64,000 nucleotides of DNA. Origin: the human T2T-CHM13v2.0 reference genome, Homo sapiens. A program made the position numbers and the translations under genes. Below, piece by piece: positions 40,442 through 53,150 of this stretch; the first letter of the stretch is position 1; every line of letters starts with the position of its first letter. The stretch lies in NCBI RefSeq assembly GCF_009914755.1, contig NC_060936.1; one strand, 5' to 3'. The notes beneath the pieces were generated by a model that was given only the letters and a program-made list of their open reading frames with translations, had not been told where the DNA came from and made no database searches.

Positions 40442-41364
40442 GTGACCTTGTTTGTCTTGTCCACGAGGGAATCACCTAGAATGACATCCCTGCAGAACAG
40501 ACTCAAACACCACCCATCCCCCAGGGACAACCTGCCGCCTGTGAGCCTGCCAGGGCCCCTCCCTCAGTGCCTCCAGCTGCCACAGACACCAAGGCTGCTG
40601 TTCTGGGAACTACTTCCTGACTCCAGCAGCCCAGCTTGAGATGTCCCCCAGGCCCCCTCGATCCTGACCGATCTGCTGCCTGGGGAGCGCTCACATTTTC
40701 CACCTCCTTCTGCCTCTCTGATGCGATCGCCCCTGCACTGCATCCTGGCCCATGCAAAGGCCATGTTGGTCTTTTCCTCAACCTGCAGCCCGGTCTGCTC
40801 CATCCCTGGGCTCCGGCCCACTCACCAGCTGCCTTCCCTGGGAGCAACATCCCTGACTGCAGGACGTGGGGAGCCCCCAACTGTCTCCCCACCTAGCACA
40901 AAGCTGGGCAGGAAACCAGAGACATCTGCTCACTTCAACCCTAAAACTGCACCCAATCCTGCCCAGCCCAGCTGGCCCTGACTGGAGAGGACCCAGCCAC
41001 CTCCTCTGGCAGGCCTGGGAAAGTCGGCACCACCGGAAGGCTGTGGGCCCATCCTGGCCCAGCCCCAAGCAGGCAGCAGGTTTGAAACAAGATACAAGCC
41101 CTCGGCCTGGGAGCTGAAACACAGCCTGGGGTGATCTGGCCCGCCCTGCCACCGGTCCCCACCATCAAGTGACTTCAGCACCTAGGGCAGGCAGCTAGCC
41201 CTGAATACCAACACCCACCGCACAGCGGCTGCCCCTCCCCAGGGACCAAGCCTGGCTGCTCCTGCCCTGGAACAGCCTTCCCGGTCATACTGTTCCCTGT
41301 GCAAACTGTCCGAGTGCCACAGCAAGGGGAACAAGGTCACCAGTCCCTCCGCAAAGAGCTGGGA

Positions 41365-41760
41365 GAGGACAGACGGAGGAGGCAGGGGACAGGGGGCTGT
41401 AGTGGGAGGGAGGAGAGAGAAAGGGAGAAAGGTGGGGGAGGAGCAGAGACCTGGAGGAGGAAGGGTGAGAGGAGAGACCCAGGGACAGGGTGAGGAGGGG
41501 AGGGGGCGGGGGAGGAGGAAGAGGAGAGATGGGGGAGAGAGAGAAGGGGAGAGAGAGAGAGAGCTAGAGACAGAGTTAAAAGACTTAGATGGGGGAAAGA
41601 GAGAGAGACGGGAAAGCACATGCAGAGAAACAGACGAGACGTGGACACAGAGATAAAGACACAGAGAAATAGAAAGAGGGAGGAAGACATGGGAAGAGAA
41701 ACAGACGTAGCCACCCGTGTGCGCGCATACACACACACAGAGAGAGAGAGAGAGAGAAAC
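41365..41760. repeat. Purine-rich (GA) low-complexity tract ending (CA)n(GA)n
   Basis: Direct reading. Confidence 0.85.
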
Positions 41761-44700
41761 CTAGAAAAATGCAGGAGATTCAGAGCCAGGGGCTTGGGCA
41801 GAGCAGACCCAGAGGGACAGAGATGGGGAACAGTGGAGAGTGGACGGCAGCAGTCGGGGGCGGAGCCTCGGCCTCCCTGGGCTTCCTTCTTGGACCCAGG
41901 CCGGATGACTGGAGCCCAGGACGGGCTGTTCCCGTCTCAGTGTCCCATCTCTGCAGAAAGAGAGGCCCCCTTGGCCACATGAACCCCCATCGCTGCGGGA
42001 AGGCCATATTGGCTACCAGGGGCCGGGCCCTGCCACCTGGCCTAGCCAGCCTCACATCCTCGCTCCCCAACGGTCTGCAGTCAGGCCCCAGCATTCCTGG
42101 GCTCTGGTTTTGCAATTCACTAGGATAACGCGGCCCTTCCATCAATGAATCATGGACTATAAACCACTGTGCCAGCGCTTGAGCTGTTCCCCGCACCGCC
42201 CCACAGTCCGTGATTCACCTCAGGGTGGTGGTGATGGGGCTCGGAGCCCAAGAGAGGATGCTCGGGCCTCAACCCAGCCTCCAGGCTCAAAAGCCGCTCA
42301 CGGCCGATCTCAGGGGCCAGGTTCCGGGAGGTGGGGGCTCGGCCCTCCCTTGCCAAAGCTCAGGCCTGTGGGGTCTCATGGGGGTGGGTGTGGAGGGGCT
42401 AGCATTCCAAAAGCCTATGCCCGGGCCTGCATCCCCGTGTCAGAACACAGAGAAGCTTCCAGAAAGAGGATGGCACCCTCCATTAAACAAGAAGGCAATC
42501 CCACCACTCTAAACAGCCATGCACATCCCTCGCCTCCAGCCGGCCACAAGGCTAAGCACCAGTGCCATGGATGCCAAGGTGGGCCAGAGTGAAGGCGGCC
42601 GCACACAGCGCGGGTCTGAGTCCAGAGACGTCCCATGGCCAGCACTTTTAATCAAGGACTTTCATATTCCACTTTATAACCATCCAAGTTTCAGAAACGT
42701 AACCATCGAAATGACACACAAACTGCTTTGGTACAGGGCACATGGTGTCGGGGTGACAGGGCGGAGAAGGGCCTGGTGCAAGCACTTCAGACAGGGCAGG
42801 TGTCCTTGAGATGACACGGTGGCACTGGCGTCTTGCTGCTGGGCTGTGGTTAAGCATTCGGGTGGCCACAGCATCTATGAAGCGTGGCTTTGCAAACATG
42901 CAGATGCACAGGCTGCCTCCTGGGCTGGACTGGCCAGACCTCCCTTCTAGAAGGGGCTGGCTGCCATCGGCTGTCAGGCGCGCTGACAATAACTCAGCTC
43001 AGAGCTGCCTCATCCAAGTTGGGCCCTGGCCAGGGAGGCCGTTGCCCACCCCAAACACCTGGGAAGGGCCGTTCCAGCTTGAGTGTACTCCCATGGGTGG
43101 TCTGGGCTGTGGGGTAGCCCACCTCGGGCTTAACAACCCCTTCAGCCACCCTGCTCCCTGCTCAGGGGCTGACCCCCAGCACCGAGGTTCTCAGCAGCGT
43201 CCTAGACCAACGCCTGGGAGCTCCTTGGAAATGCAGAGTCTTGGATCTCGGCCTTATTGTGGGGTGAGGGGTGCGGCCCAGTGACTGGGTTTCCCCAGCC
43301 CTTCCGGTGATTCCGACATGCACTCACATCTGAGGACTCAGACTGGGACACGTCCCCTCACAAAGCAGACCTTGGCCTCAGACGGGGAACTCCAGGAGGG
43401 CACAGCCCCAGGATGCTGGCTACAGCCATCCCAGCGTGGTCAGTGGTGTCTGAGGAAGTCGGAAGCCTCGCTGCCGGGGAAAGTGCACGGTCCAGTGTCC
43501 CTGGAGTCACTTCTCACCCCCAGCCCACAGGCTTCCCCTCCCTCGGGATCCCACCACAGCCTCCATTTCAATCCCACCTTGACAAATGGCGAAAGGAGGG
43601 GCACCCATGTCCTTGGTCCTGGGCCATGCACCCCCCAACTCAGGAAACCCACAGGAGGCACGTGGGCGCTGTTGACCCTGGGAGGGGCGGTCGTGCCCAC
43701 TCCCCGACACCTCGGAAGTCCTACCCTGTGTCCACCTCTGCAGCGTGGAATCAGGGCAGTCTGGGGTGTTGAGATGGGCCAGGCGCGGCTGATCCCTTTA
43801 CCCTATTTTCGGAAGGATTAAGGTCGGATTCGCATCTGAAGGTAGAGTCTGACAACCCTGGCATACAGTAGGCACTGAATAAATGCCCCCGGATGAACAT
43901 GCATATACTGTGCATCCGATGGGCACCTCCTGGGGGGTCTGTGGGGCGAGCAAGCTTGGGGACACGAGGCAGGAAGGCCCCTGCGAGCGGCCTCTGTCCT
44001 GGTGACATGAGAGAGGCCACTCGTGCCTGTCTTCAGCAGAGATGTGGCCTGGAGCCACGGGCACCGCGCCAGGACCACAAGCACCACAGCCTCTCTGCGG
44101 CCACCCACAGCAGCCTCCACAGCAACCCAGGAGAGAGGGGCTGTGCACTGGGAGTGGGGGTGCTGAGAGAGCGCAAGAGACGCAGAGCGGGAGACAGAGA
44201 TGGGGAGGAGAGACAAGGCGGGAGAGAGGGAGATGAGGAAGAGCCCTCAGCAACTCCCCAAAGACATATATGGTAACGGCGGAGGCACTGAGAGAGAAAG
44301 AGACAGTGGCCAGCTGCTGTCCCCAGGAGCTGAGGGACACATGGCAGGGGAAGAGACACAGGTGGTGGCGGGGGGTACTGAGCCCCCCCCACCCCAGGAC
44401 TCCCACCCACCCCATATCAGAGGGTGTCTCCACAGCACAGATCCAGCCTGGCTCACCTGGGGTCCCCGCATCCAGCATCCGACTCCCCACTGACATGGAG
44501 CCTCATCATGAGCCCCTCTGCCGCCTGCCCTCGCAGGGCTCCTGCACAGACCACAGGAGAGGCCTGTCCTACCTGGCGGATCAGGGCTGGCTTCCAGAAG
44601 GCTGGCTTTATGGCCAGTGTGCTGCCGAGGGGACGGCTGGGCCTCCCTCCAACTCCCCGGGCTGCATGTGCCAGGCTAGAACCCTCAGTCTGCCACTCAG

Positions 44701-46354
44701 CAGGCTCCTTGGAAGCTTCCTCACCTCCCTGTGCCTCTGTCTCATCTGGCCAGTGGGGATAATTACACACCTGTCCCCAACACTAGTGAGGTTGAAATCA
44801 TCACAGTGTGTGGCGATAGTGCTGCATGACTGTTGGCCGGCACCATCACTGTCGCCGTCATCATCACCATCATCGCCATCGCCACCATAGCGGCCAGCAG
44901 CACCCATCCCCATCACACAGCAGGGCCAGGTGCCCCTGGAATTTTGACAAGGCTCCCATGTCTCACTGGACTCCCAGGTCCCATCCCCCACCAGCCATCA
45001 AGGGGTCCAATGCATATTGGCTGAGATAACCTAAGTCTTCTTCCAAAACTAGAGGGCCCAGGAAGGGAGGGAGAACCCGACCTGCTGCCCTCCAGGTAAA
45101 CATCACGGAGAAGGGAGCTTGAGCTCCCTCCCACTAGACGACATCGGGGAAGAGGCAGACAGCATCTCCTGGCAGTGGGCACCCTACCCCTGAGGGTGGG
45201 TGGGCTCACTGGCTGGGAAGACCCGGGTTCTCCATCTTCCCGTGGTGCCTGGGGAGGGGGCCCATGTCACGGTAGGGGGAAGGGGCTGTGTCTGCTCACT
45301 CAGAAACCTATGAGGGAGAGAGAAGCATGGACAAGTGTCCTGGGGCAGCTGTGAGGGGAGTGGGGCTGGGCAGGGGCTCGTGTGCTCCATGGCCAGGGAT
45401 TCCCATCTGATCACAAGGCCTGAGCTGCCAGGATAGGTCAGAAAGAAGAACCGGCCCACAGAGGTACCCTGGGTGCCTGCATTGCCTGGAGCACAGGGCA
45501 GTGGCTCCCCAGCCCACAGTCACCAAGAGTCCCAGATGCCTGTCCCAGCCTGCAGGTGCCAGCCATGCTGAGGCAGCGGGGTAGTGGGTGGGGAGTGGTC
45601 TCAGTTCACCTCCCCACCCTCCTTAAGGAGCTGCAGGTTCTGTGTGCTCACAGCCTTGGCGCACTCAGAGACCACCACTGCCTGCACCTCCCGTCCGTCA
45701 CCGCAGCCTTCCAAGCAGCGGTGCTGGGCCCACCCCAGGCCTGCTGTGCCCTCACCTGGGGCAGACTGATCAGCAGTGTCAGTGGCTCCACAAATCCAGC
45801 CACAGACAGAGACGCTCAGCTGGCGGCAGTCACTGCATCTCCACTTAACAAGACAGGCTGAGCCTGAAGCTGCCGCTGATTTTCCTTGCTGCCATGGGGC
45901 AGAGAGGACTCTCAGCCCCAGAGTTAGCACTTGAGAACCCCTGTTTACCCCGTGGTTGTGAACCAGGCCTGTGGGGGGTGGCAGGGCCCAGGCCACGCCA
46001 CCACCTCCTTAGCAAACGCAGCTGATCCGAGGAAGGGGCGAGCCCTGGAGACAGACAGGGACCTCCTGCCCGGCTTGCTTTCTGCCATCTTTCTGAGAGA
46101 CGCAGAGCAGACAAGCATCATTTCCCCATCCTGGGAGCCCCTGCCTGGAACGGCAGCTTCAGCAGGGGATAAAAACTCACCAGCAAAGCCCCACCAACTC
46201 CCAGGCACCGCAGATACCACGGCTAAACCAGGACATCTCCGGTGTAAAGAGGGGCATGTTTCCTCCCTGCTATGGAACATTCTAGGGCTTCCCCGGTGCC
46301 CCAGCCTGGCCCCAGACATCTAATGCCCTCCTCCCCTGGTCTCACTGTAGTCTA

Positions 46355-46725
46355 ACCCAGAGGTCTTCTACTTGGGGCTGGGGGTGATTTCAACAGCAAG
46401 TAAGAGTTGTGTGGCATATACAGTGTTGAGCTGTTTTTTCCCTTTTTAAAAAATGTGACCTAAGATTTAAAATCAGGCAGTTTCACATAAAACTGGATTT
46501 CCAGCTCGTCATCAAAGATCAGAACACCTGGCAATTCAGGGCCAATGGCCAAGCGTCCACTGGAGCTGAGACGGGGCCCAAGCTCTGCAGTGAGCCACAG
46601 GCCTCACCACTCCCTACTCCCTCCCCAGACACGAAGGCAAGTGTGAGCTGTTATTTATCGAGTTTGCACTTCTATTTTTCACAGGGTAAAAAAAAACATC
46701 TCTATTTACCCATCAAAAATGAGCA
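46355..46725. mobile_element. MER102-like hAT fossil
   Basis: aaaatcaggcagtttcacataaaactggatttccagct...ctggcaa motif. Confidence 0.5.
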
Positions 46726-46970
46726 AAAGAAAGAGGGTCACATAATCTCCCTTTCTTTGTTCCTTTAAGGCCCTGGGAGGTACCGGGACCCCCACGAATC
46801 CAAAGACTCAGGCCCCCTGCTGTTCCTGAAGACACGCGCTGTCTCTCATGCTCCCTGCCTTTGCACTTGAGGGCCCCATCCCTGTCCGCCTGTGGGGCTG
46901 CTCCTCAACCTCATCTTTGGGGCCTTTTATTCTACGGAGTCTTCAAGGATGTGCCACCAATGCCACCTCC

Positions 46971-47360
46971 CAGGGAGACCGGCGGCACAGGGAGACCCCG
47001 CGGCACAGGGAGACCCGCGGCACAGATAGACCCCGCGGCACAGGGAGTCCCCGCGGCACAGATAGACCCCGCGGCACAGGGAGTCCCCGCGGCACAGATA
47101 GACCCGTGGCACAGGGAGACCCCACAGCACAGGGAGACCCGCGACACAGGGAGTCCCCGCGGCACAGATAGAACCCGCGGCACAGGGAGTCCCCGCGGCA
47201 CAGATAGACCCCGCGGCACAGGGAGTCCCCGCAGCACAGATAGACCCGTGGCACAGGGAGACCCCGCAGCACAGATAGACCCCGCGGCACAGGGAGACCC
47301 CGTGGCCCAGGGAGACCCCGTGGCACAGATAGACCCGCCGCACAGGGAGACCCGCGGCAC
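46971..47360. repeat. Minisatellite, 17-19-bp alternating units (ccgcggcacagggagt/ac; ccgcggcacagatagacc), about 20 copies
   Basis: Direct reading. Confidence 0.95.
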
Positions 47361-47479
47361 TGTCTTGAAGCCACCTGTTTACAATGGCTCTGAACAACCA
47401 GCATGAAGCTCCCCATGTCCTGCACACAATAAATGCTCAATCAATGGATGAGTCAGCAAGCTGGACATTCGCTCCGCCC

Positions 47480-47920
47480 AGAGCAAGCCGGACACTCACT
47501 CCTGAGAGCAAGCCGGACACTCACTCCACGGAGAGCAGGCCGGACAGTCACTCCACGGAGAGCAGGCCGGACAGTCACTCCACGGAGAGCAGGCCGGACA
47601 GTCACTCCATGGAGAGCAGGCCGGACAGTCACTCCACGGAGAGCAGACCAGACACTCACTCCACGGAGAGCAGGCCGGACACTCACTCCACGCAGAGCAG
47701 GCCGGACACTCACTCCACGGACAGCAGGCCGGACACTCACTCCACGGACAGCAGGCCGGACACTCACTCCACGGACAGCAGGCCGGACACTCACTCCACG
47801 GAGAGCAGGCCGGACACTCACTCCACGGACAGCAGGCCGGACACTCACTCCACGGAGAGCAGGCCGGACACTCACTCCACGAAGAGCAAGCCGGACACTC
47901 ATTCTACTGGACACTCACTC
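47480..47920. repeat. Minisatellite, 27-bp unit (gagcaggccggacactcactccacgga), about 15 copies
   Basis: Direct reading; 9-aa periodicity in the ORF track. Confidence 0.97.
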
Positions 47921-48374
47921 TACCACAGTACAGGCCAGGCCTCTACAACAGGATATGCCGGGCACCGACACCCCCCACCCTTCTTAAATTACCATGGTCT
48001 CCCCACCTCCCTCTGTGCAAATGTGGCTCTCACACAGGGGGAGGGGATGGGCCTCTGCTCTTCAGAGCCCCCAGCCCAGCTACCAGGAAGGGCTCCCACC
48101 ACAAGCCCAGCCTCAATGCCCCCAAACAGGTCATGGGAGGGGAACTGGGAAGGCCAGCAAGAGAATGAGCATACAGTAGGGGCCCAACAGACGCCTGATG
48201 ATGTTTTCCAAATACCTCTTGAGGCCGTTAGCCACCCTTCCTTTGTCACAATCCCCACCGCTCCCTGCTGCCTCTCATACCTCAGCATCTATATACTCCC
48301 TGACTGGCACTTACCTTTTTGCCTCTCAGTCTAGAAAATTCCTGAATGCACTTCAATTTCAAAAACACCGTAGC

Positions 48375-48697
<323 letters not shown>

Positions 48698-49118
48698 CAT
48701 AGCTACGTCTTTGGAATACATGCTCTGTGCCACTCGGCCTTGGTTTTACACATCTGTTAGAAGGGCAAGCAGACTGGTCAACTCTGGCTACAGAAAACTA
48801 GACAAGAAAACCCTCTCCACAAACGCAGCCACCCTTCCACGATCCCTGCGGATAAGGACCGAGTTCAGCCCCAGGCATCGTGGCTGGATGTTGGGAATGC
48901 GGCGAGGGGTGGCTCATGCTCCTGACAACAGCCTCGTTTCCCTCATGGGAGTTTTCTTAGGCTGTAGGAAAGTGGCTGTTTCACGGCAGACACTGGGACC
49001 CCGCCCCCAACCCGTGATGGCTGGTCTCAACACCTTATGGGTCTCGACCTCTGGCAGCCTGGGAAAGGGAAGGCGGGCAGCTCTGGGGAGGGGCTAGAGG
49101 GTGCCACTATAGGGAGTA

Positions 49119-49502
49119 CCAGCCACCTTCTCCCACCTGCAGCCTCTCCAGGCACAGTCCAACCAGCCTTGTGGGTGCAAAACAACGGCTTTACCATTCT
49201 CTGGGGACACTTTGTGTCTACCGGCCACCTGGAGCTGCTCCGGGCCTGGGCTTGACACAAAGTGGGCTTTAGGCCTCAGGTCCACACAAAGGTTTGTCCA
49301 AAGAAGATGGGGACTTGTAGGCCACACGTCTGGCTTGGCATTAGGGGTGTCAGAAAGCAGTCAGTGACCCTCAGAGGGACCTAGAAAAGCTGGTCCCTCC
49401 AGTCCCTTTGAGGCATGCCACTCCTGCCTACGAAAACTTCACTGGGATGCCAGGCACGTAGTGCTTCCAGAATCCACCCCCAGTTTGCAAGGACGCTCCA
49501 CG
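49119..49502 (+). repeat. 384-bp local direct duplication, copy 1
   Basis: Hand alignment to 52382-52765: 4 transitions, no indels. Confidence 0.97.
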
Positions 49503-49819
49503 CGGCTCGTGCTATTCTTGGCCTTTGTCACTCTCACCCGGCCCCCACCCCAGCCACTGAGGCCCCCAGGAAGGAAATGCCTCGACCGACTCCAATCCAG
49601 CAGCTGCCAGAGTGCCCACTGCCTCCACCCGCCTCCTCTGTGTGGTGCTCCCAGCATCTGCTCTGAGACGATGCTTCAAGAGCCCGGATGCAAAACAAAT
49701 TCTCCCAAACACCGAGCGCCCAGGATCCCCCTTTCAAAGGCGTGCCACTGAGCCTCTCATCTCTACCATTATTTACTGGATATTTTTTCAAACCAACTCC
49801 TTTTCCTCTAACTCGGAGG

Positions 49820-50038
49820 AAAAAGCAAACTTTTTCTATGAAGGGCCAGCTAGTAAACATTTGAGACCCTGTACGCCATACACTTTTGGTCACAACCATG
49901 CAACTCCACCAGAGCAGCAAGGACGCTGCCATGGTAATATGTAAACAAACAGGCATGGCTGTGTTCCAATAAAACTTTATTCACAAGAACAGATGGTGGG
50001 CCGGATTAGCCCCAGAGTCCCAGTCTGCCAGCCTCTGC
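49820..50038 (+). mobile_element. MER58A-like MITE
   Basis: gcaaactttttct..aagggccag...ggctgtgttccaataaaactttattcac. Confidence 0.8.
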
Positions 50039-50551
50039 TCTAGCGTAAATAATCTTTCAGTCTTATCCCAAGCAACGGCGTCTGAAAAAACGGCGAGCTG
50101 AAGTACTGGCTATTTTTTCTTTCAAGTATGTATTAAGATAAACACACACAACCATTAACATTTTAAACATGAAGTTTGTGAACTACCCCAAGTCATCCTG
50201 GGAAGCTCTTACTTTTGGAATGTAGCCTTTTTACGCACAGAGATCACAGGTCACCCAGTCAGGAGTCTGGGATTTCACAGGCTGAGGAGGCCCGTGGCTG
50301 TTTCTCCCCAGCTATCTTCCTGGCCACTACGGGAGGCTCGAGATAGCCTGGCAGGGTGAGCACCCCAGAGGGGGTCTCCCCACATCTGCTGCTACCACGG
50401 AGGGGAGCCTGCACTCACACTGCCGGTGGCCAAGCAACAACAACTCATGGAGACAGTTACCGCCAGCCATGCGGGGTGCTGGCCACCAAGCAAGTGGCCG
50501 CTGAGCATGCAGGGAGCCTGCAAGGACAGTCACCCCCACCTTGCCTCTTAC

Positions 50552-50650
50552 CTGGCTCTTGCCGCGGCGCCGATAGCTCCGTCTCACCAGGCTCTTATAG
50601 TTCTCATTCTTCTTAGTCAGGTAGTAATAGAGGACGCACTCAGCCACTGT
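50552..50650 (-). CDS. NCOR2: NCOR2 exon E (99 nt): TVAECVLYYYLTKKNENYKSLVRRSYRRRGKSQ; C-terminal helix of SANT1/DAD
   Basis: Acceptor cccacag|ACA, donor CAG|gtaaga; 33 codons, symmetric phase 0. Confidence 0.97.
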
Positions 50651-52381
50651 CTGTGGGACAGAGAAAGAGGACGCTGAGCAGGGTACAGCACAGGCATTCA
50701 GGGCAGGAGCCAGGAGCTCACATCCTGGGCTCATATCCTGCCTCTTCCACGTACCGGCTGGGTGACCTCGGACAGATGACCTAACCTCTGTGTCTCAGTT
50801 TTCTCATCTGTAAAATGGGAATGCTAATTGTACATACTTCACAGGATTATCACAAAGATCAGATCAGTTAATACATAGGTAAAGTACTTGGGACGAGGCC
50901 TGGCCCAGAGCAAACATGATGGAAGTCTTTCCTGTTATCACAGTCACCGCTGTTGCTATGGTTAATGACAGCGCTGACGTCGCCATGTCACCCCCAGCCC
51001 TTATGGGAAACAAGGACTCCAGCCCACAGCCGGGCAAACTCAAAGCCTTCCCCAAACATAGGTCCGGGTTCTCTTTTCCCTGGCTTCAGCCTTCTCTTCC
51101 CTGATATTTGAGGTCCTGAATAGCCTCTTCCAAGCCTTGTGCATCGGGACCGCCCCACGCCCCACGCCCCACGCGCCTCTTCCTGCGTTTCCTTCTTTTC
51201 TCTGCCTTGGTCTTTTCCATGTAGATTGGGTCTGAAAGCCGGAGCAACCAGCCCTCTATGAACCCCGGCCAAATGGGACGAGTAAAAGGGGCAGCCTCAG
51301 AAAGTGATGCCACGATGCCCCCACTTGCGGGCATGGAGCCCAGCTTGCCAATGCCCACAGCCGTTCCCCTTACAATGTAAAATGTTTCTGCAATGCTCTG
51401 GCCAGTGCCAAGCCAGGACCCCACCTCCAATGGGCATTCTGTGAGGCCTCTGAGCTGGGCCTCAAATCTCACTGCCCTCAACAGAAAGCCCCCAGCTGGC
51501 AGCCTCCTGCCAAGTACGACCGCCAGGGGGGCTCCCAGGCGGCCCCAGGCTAAACCCAGCCCACAAACATGGCAATCGAGAAAGACGTTTTATAATCAGA
51601 TGCCAATATTTGCAATTCAGGGGATGTGGGTGCCCGACTTCTCCTTTAACAATTCAAGAGAGCTCCTTCCTGCGCTCAGCAATGGCAGCCCGGCTCCGGA
51701 CAGCAGCTGCCCCCGCAGACGGGCACAGACTGGCTGGTCCACCTGGCTCCCAGCCAGACGTCAGCCTCACTCACTGTCAAGACCTGACTGTCCCCGCCGG
51801 CCTCTCCGTTGGCAGCTCCTGCTCCAGACCCCTCTGGAAGCTCTACTGAAGCCTTGTCCTGGGCTGCCTCTCAGCCAAAGAACATCATGAAGTTTACTCC
51901 CCAGCACAAAGACTTCTAATCCCCTCATCCTGAAGGAGGACTGCTCGATGGCCAGTTTCTGAAATGCTTCCATCCTGGGGAGCCCTAACCTAGAGTCCGC
52001 CGTGCCGTCCACTCCCTGAGGGAGACGTCGTCACTCAGAAGATGGGCTATTTATAGGGCTTGTTTCTCCACACTGGTTTTTCAGGCATGGAGAGATTTTT
52101 CCCCACACTGCTCGGTCTCTCTCCTTCTACGGTTATCAGCTCATGAGGGGCAGGCGCTGGGAACAGCTGTCCTTTAAAATAAGTGCCTCATCCTCCTGGC
52201 CTCCCTCCTACAACCAGGAAGCCCGAGCAGGGTGTCCACCAAGCTGGGGTGGGCAGGTCCCCATCTCTGAGAAACGTGATTCAGGGGAATGCTGCTTAAG
52301 ACACACGGACGGCAGCCTTTCTCCTCTGACCCCAAGATGCTGGGGGAAGGCCCAGGGGCCACGTCCAACATGCAGCCTCAT

Positions 52382-52765
52382 CCAGCCACCTTCTCCCACC
52401 TGCAGCCTCTCCAGGCACAGTCCAACCAGCCTTGTGGGTGCAAAACAACGGCTTTACCATTCTCTGGGGACACTTTGTGTCTACCGGCCACCTGGAGCTG
52501 CTCCGGGCCTGGGCTTGACACAAAGTGGGCTTTAGGCCTCAGGTCCACACAAAGGTTTGTCCAAAGAAGATGGGGACTTGCAGGCCACACGTCTGGTTTG
52601 GCATTAGAGGTGTCAGAAAGCAGTCAGTGACCCTCAGAGGGACCTAGAAAAGCTGGTCCCTCCAGTCCCTTTGAGGCACGCCACTCCTGCCTACGAAAAC
52701 TTCACTGGGATGCCAGGCACGTAGTGCTTCCAGAATCCACCCCCAGTTTGCAAGGACGCTCCACG
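52382..52765 (+). repeat. 384-bp local direct duplication, copy 2
   Basis: See copy 1; offset 3263 bp. Confidence 0.97.
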
Positions 52766-53095
52766 TGGCCTTTGAGGAGCTGGCAGGAGACCCGTCGGGC
52801 ACACGGGGCTCCAGGAAGCCTGGCCGTGCAGCTCTCCCTGGGGTTCTCGGGATTCCCAGGTGCTCAGCAACCTGAGGCTCCTCCTCCATGGGCCCAGGAG
52901 GCCAGGGCGGGGCCTGCACTGATCTATCTCCCAGATGGAAGGAAGGGAGGGAGGGAGGAGGGGAGCATGGCAGCTGGAGCAAGGGGCCAGGCAGGCCAGG
53001 GCCTTGTGGGCAAGGAGGGAGGGCCTCCACCCTGAGTCCACGCAGTTGCCCACGGAGGTGGAGACCGAAGGGGTATGGGGCGGGCAGCGACTCAC

Positions 53096-53150
53096 CTTCC
53101 TCTCCAGGAATGATGCGATCAGGCCAAAGTTCTTGGGATGCTGCATGAAC
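53096..53150 (-). CDS. NCOR2: NCOR2 exon D (55 nt): FMQHPKNFGLIASFLERK; SANT1
   Basis: Acceptor cccgcag|G, donor AAG|gtgagt; 1 nt + 18 codons. Confidence 0.97.

Noticed and set aside
47384-48334. 316-aa plus-strand ORF with ESRPDTHST repeats
   Set aside because: Open only because the 27-bp VNTR unit lacks stops; antisense and intronic, with no domain or promoter evidence.
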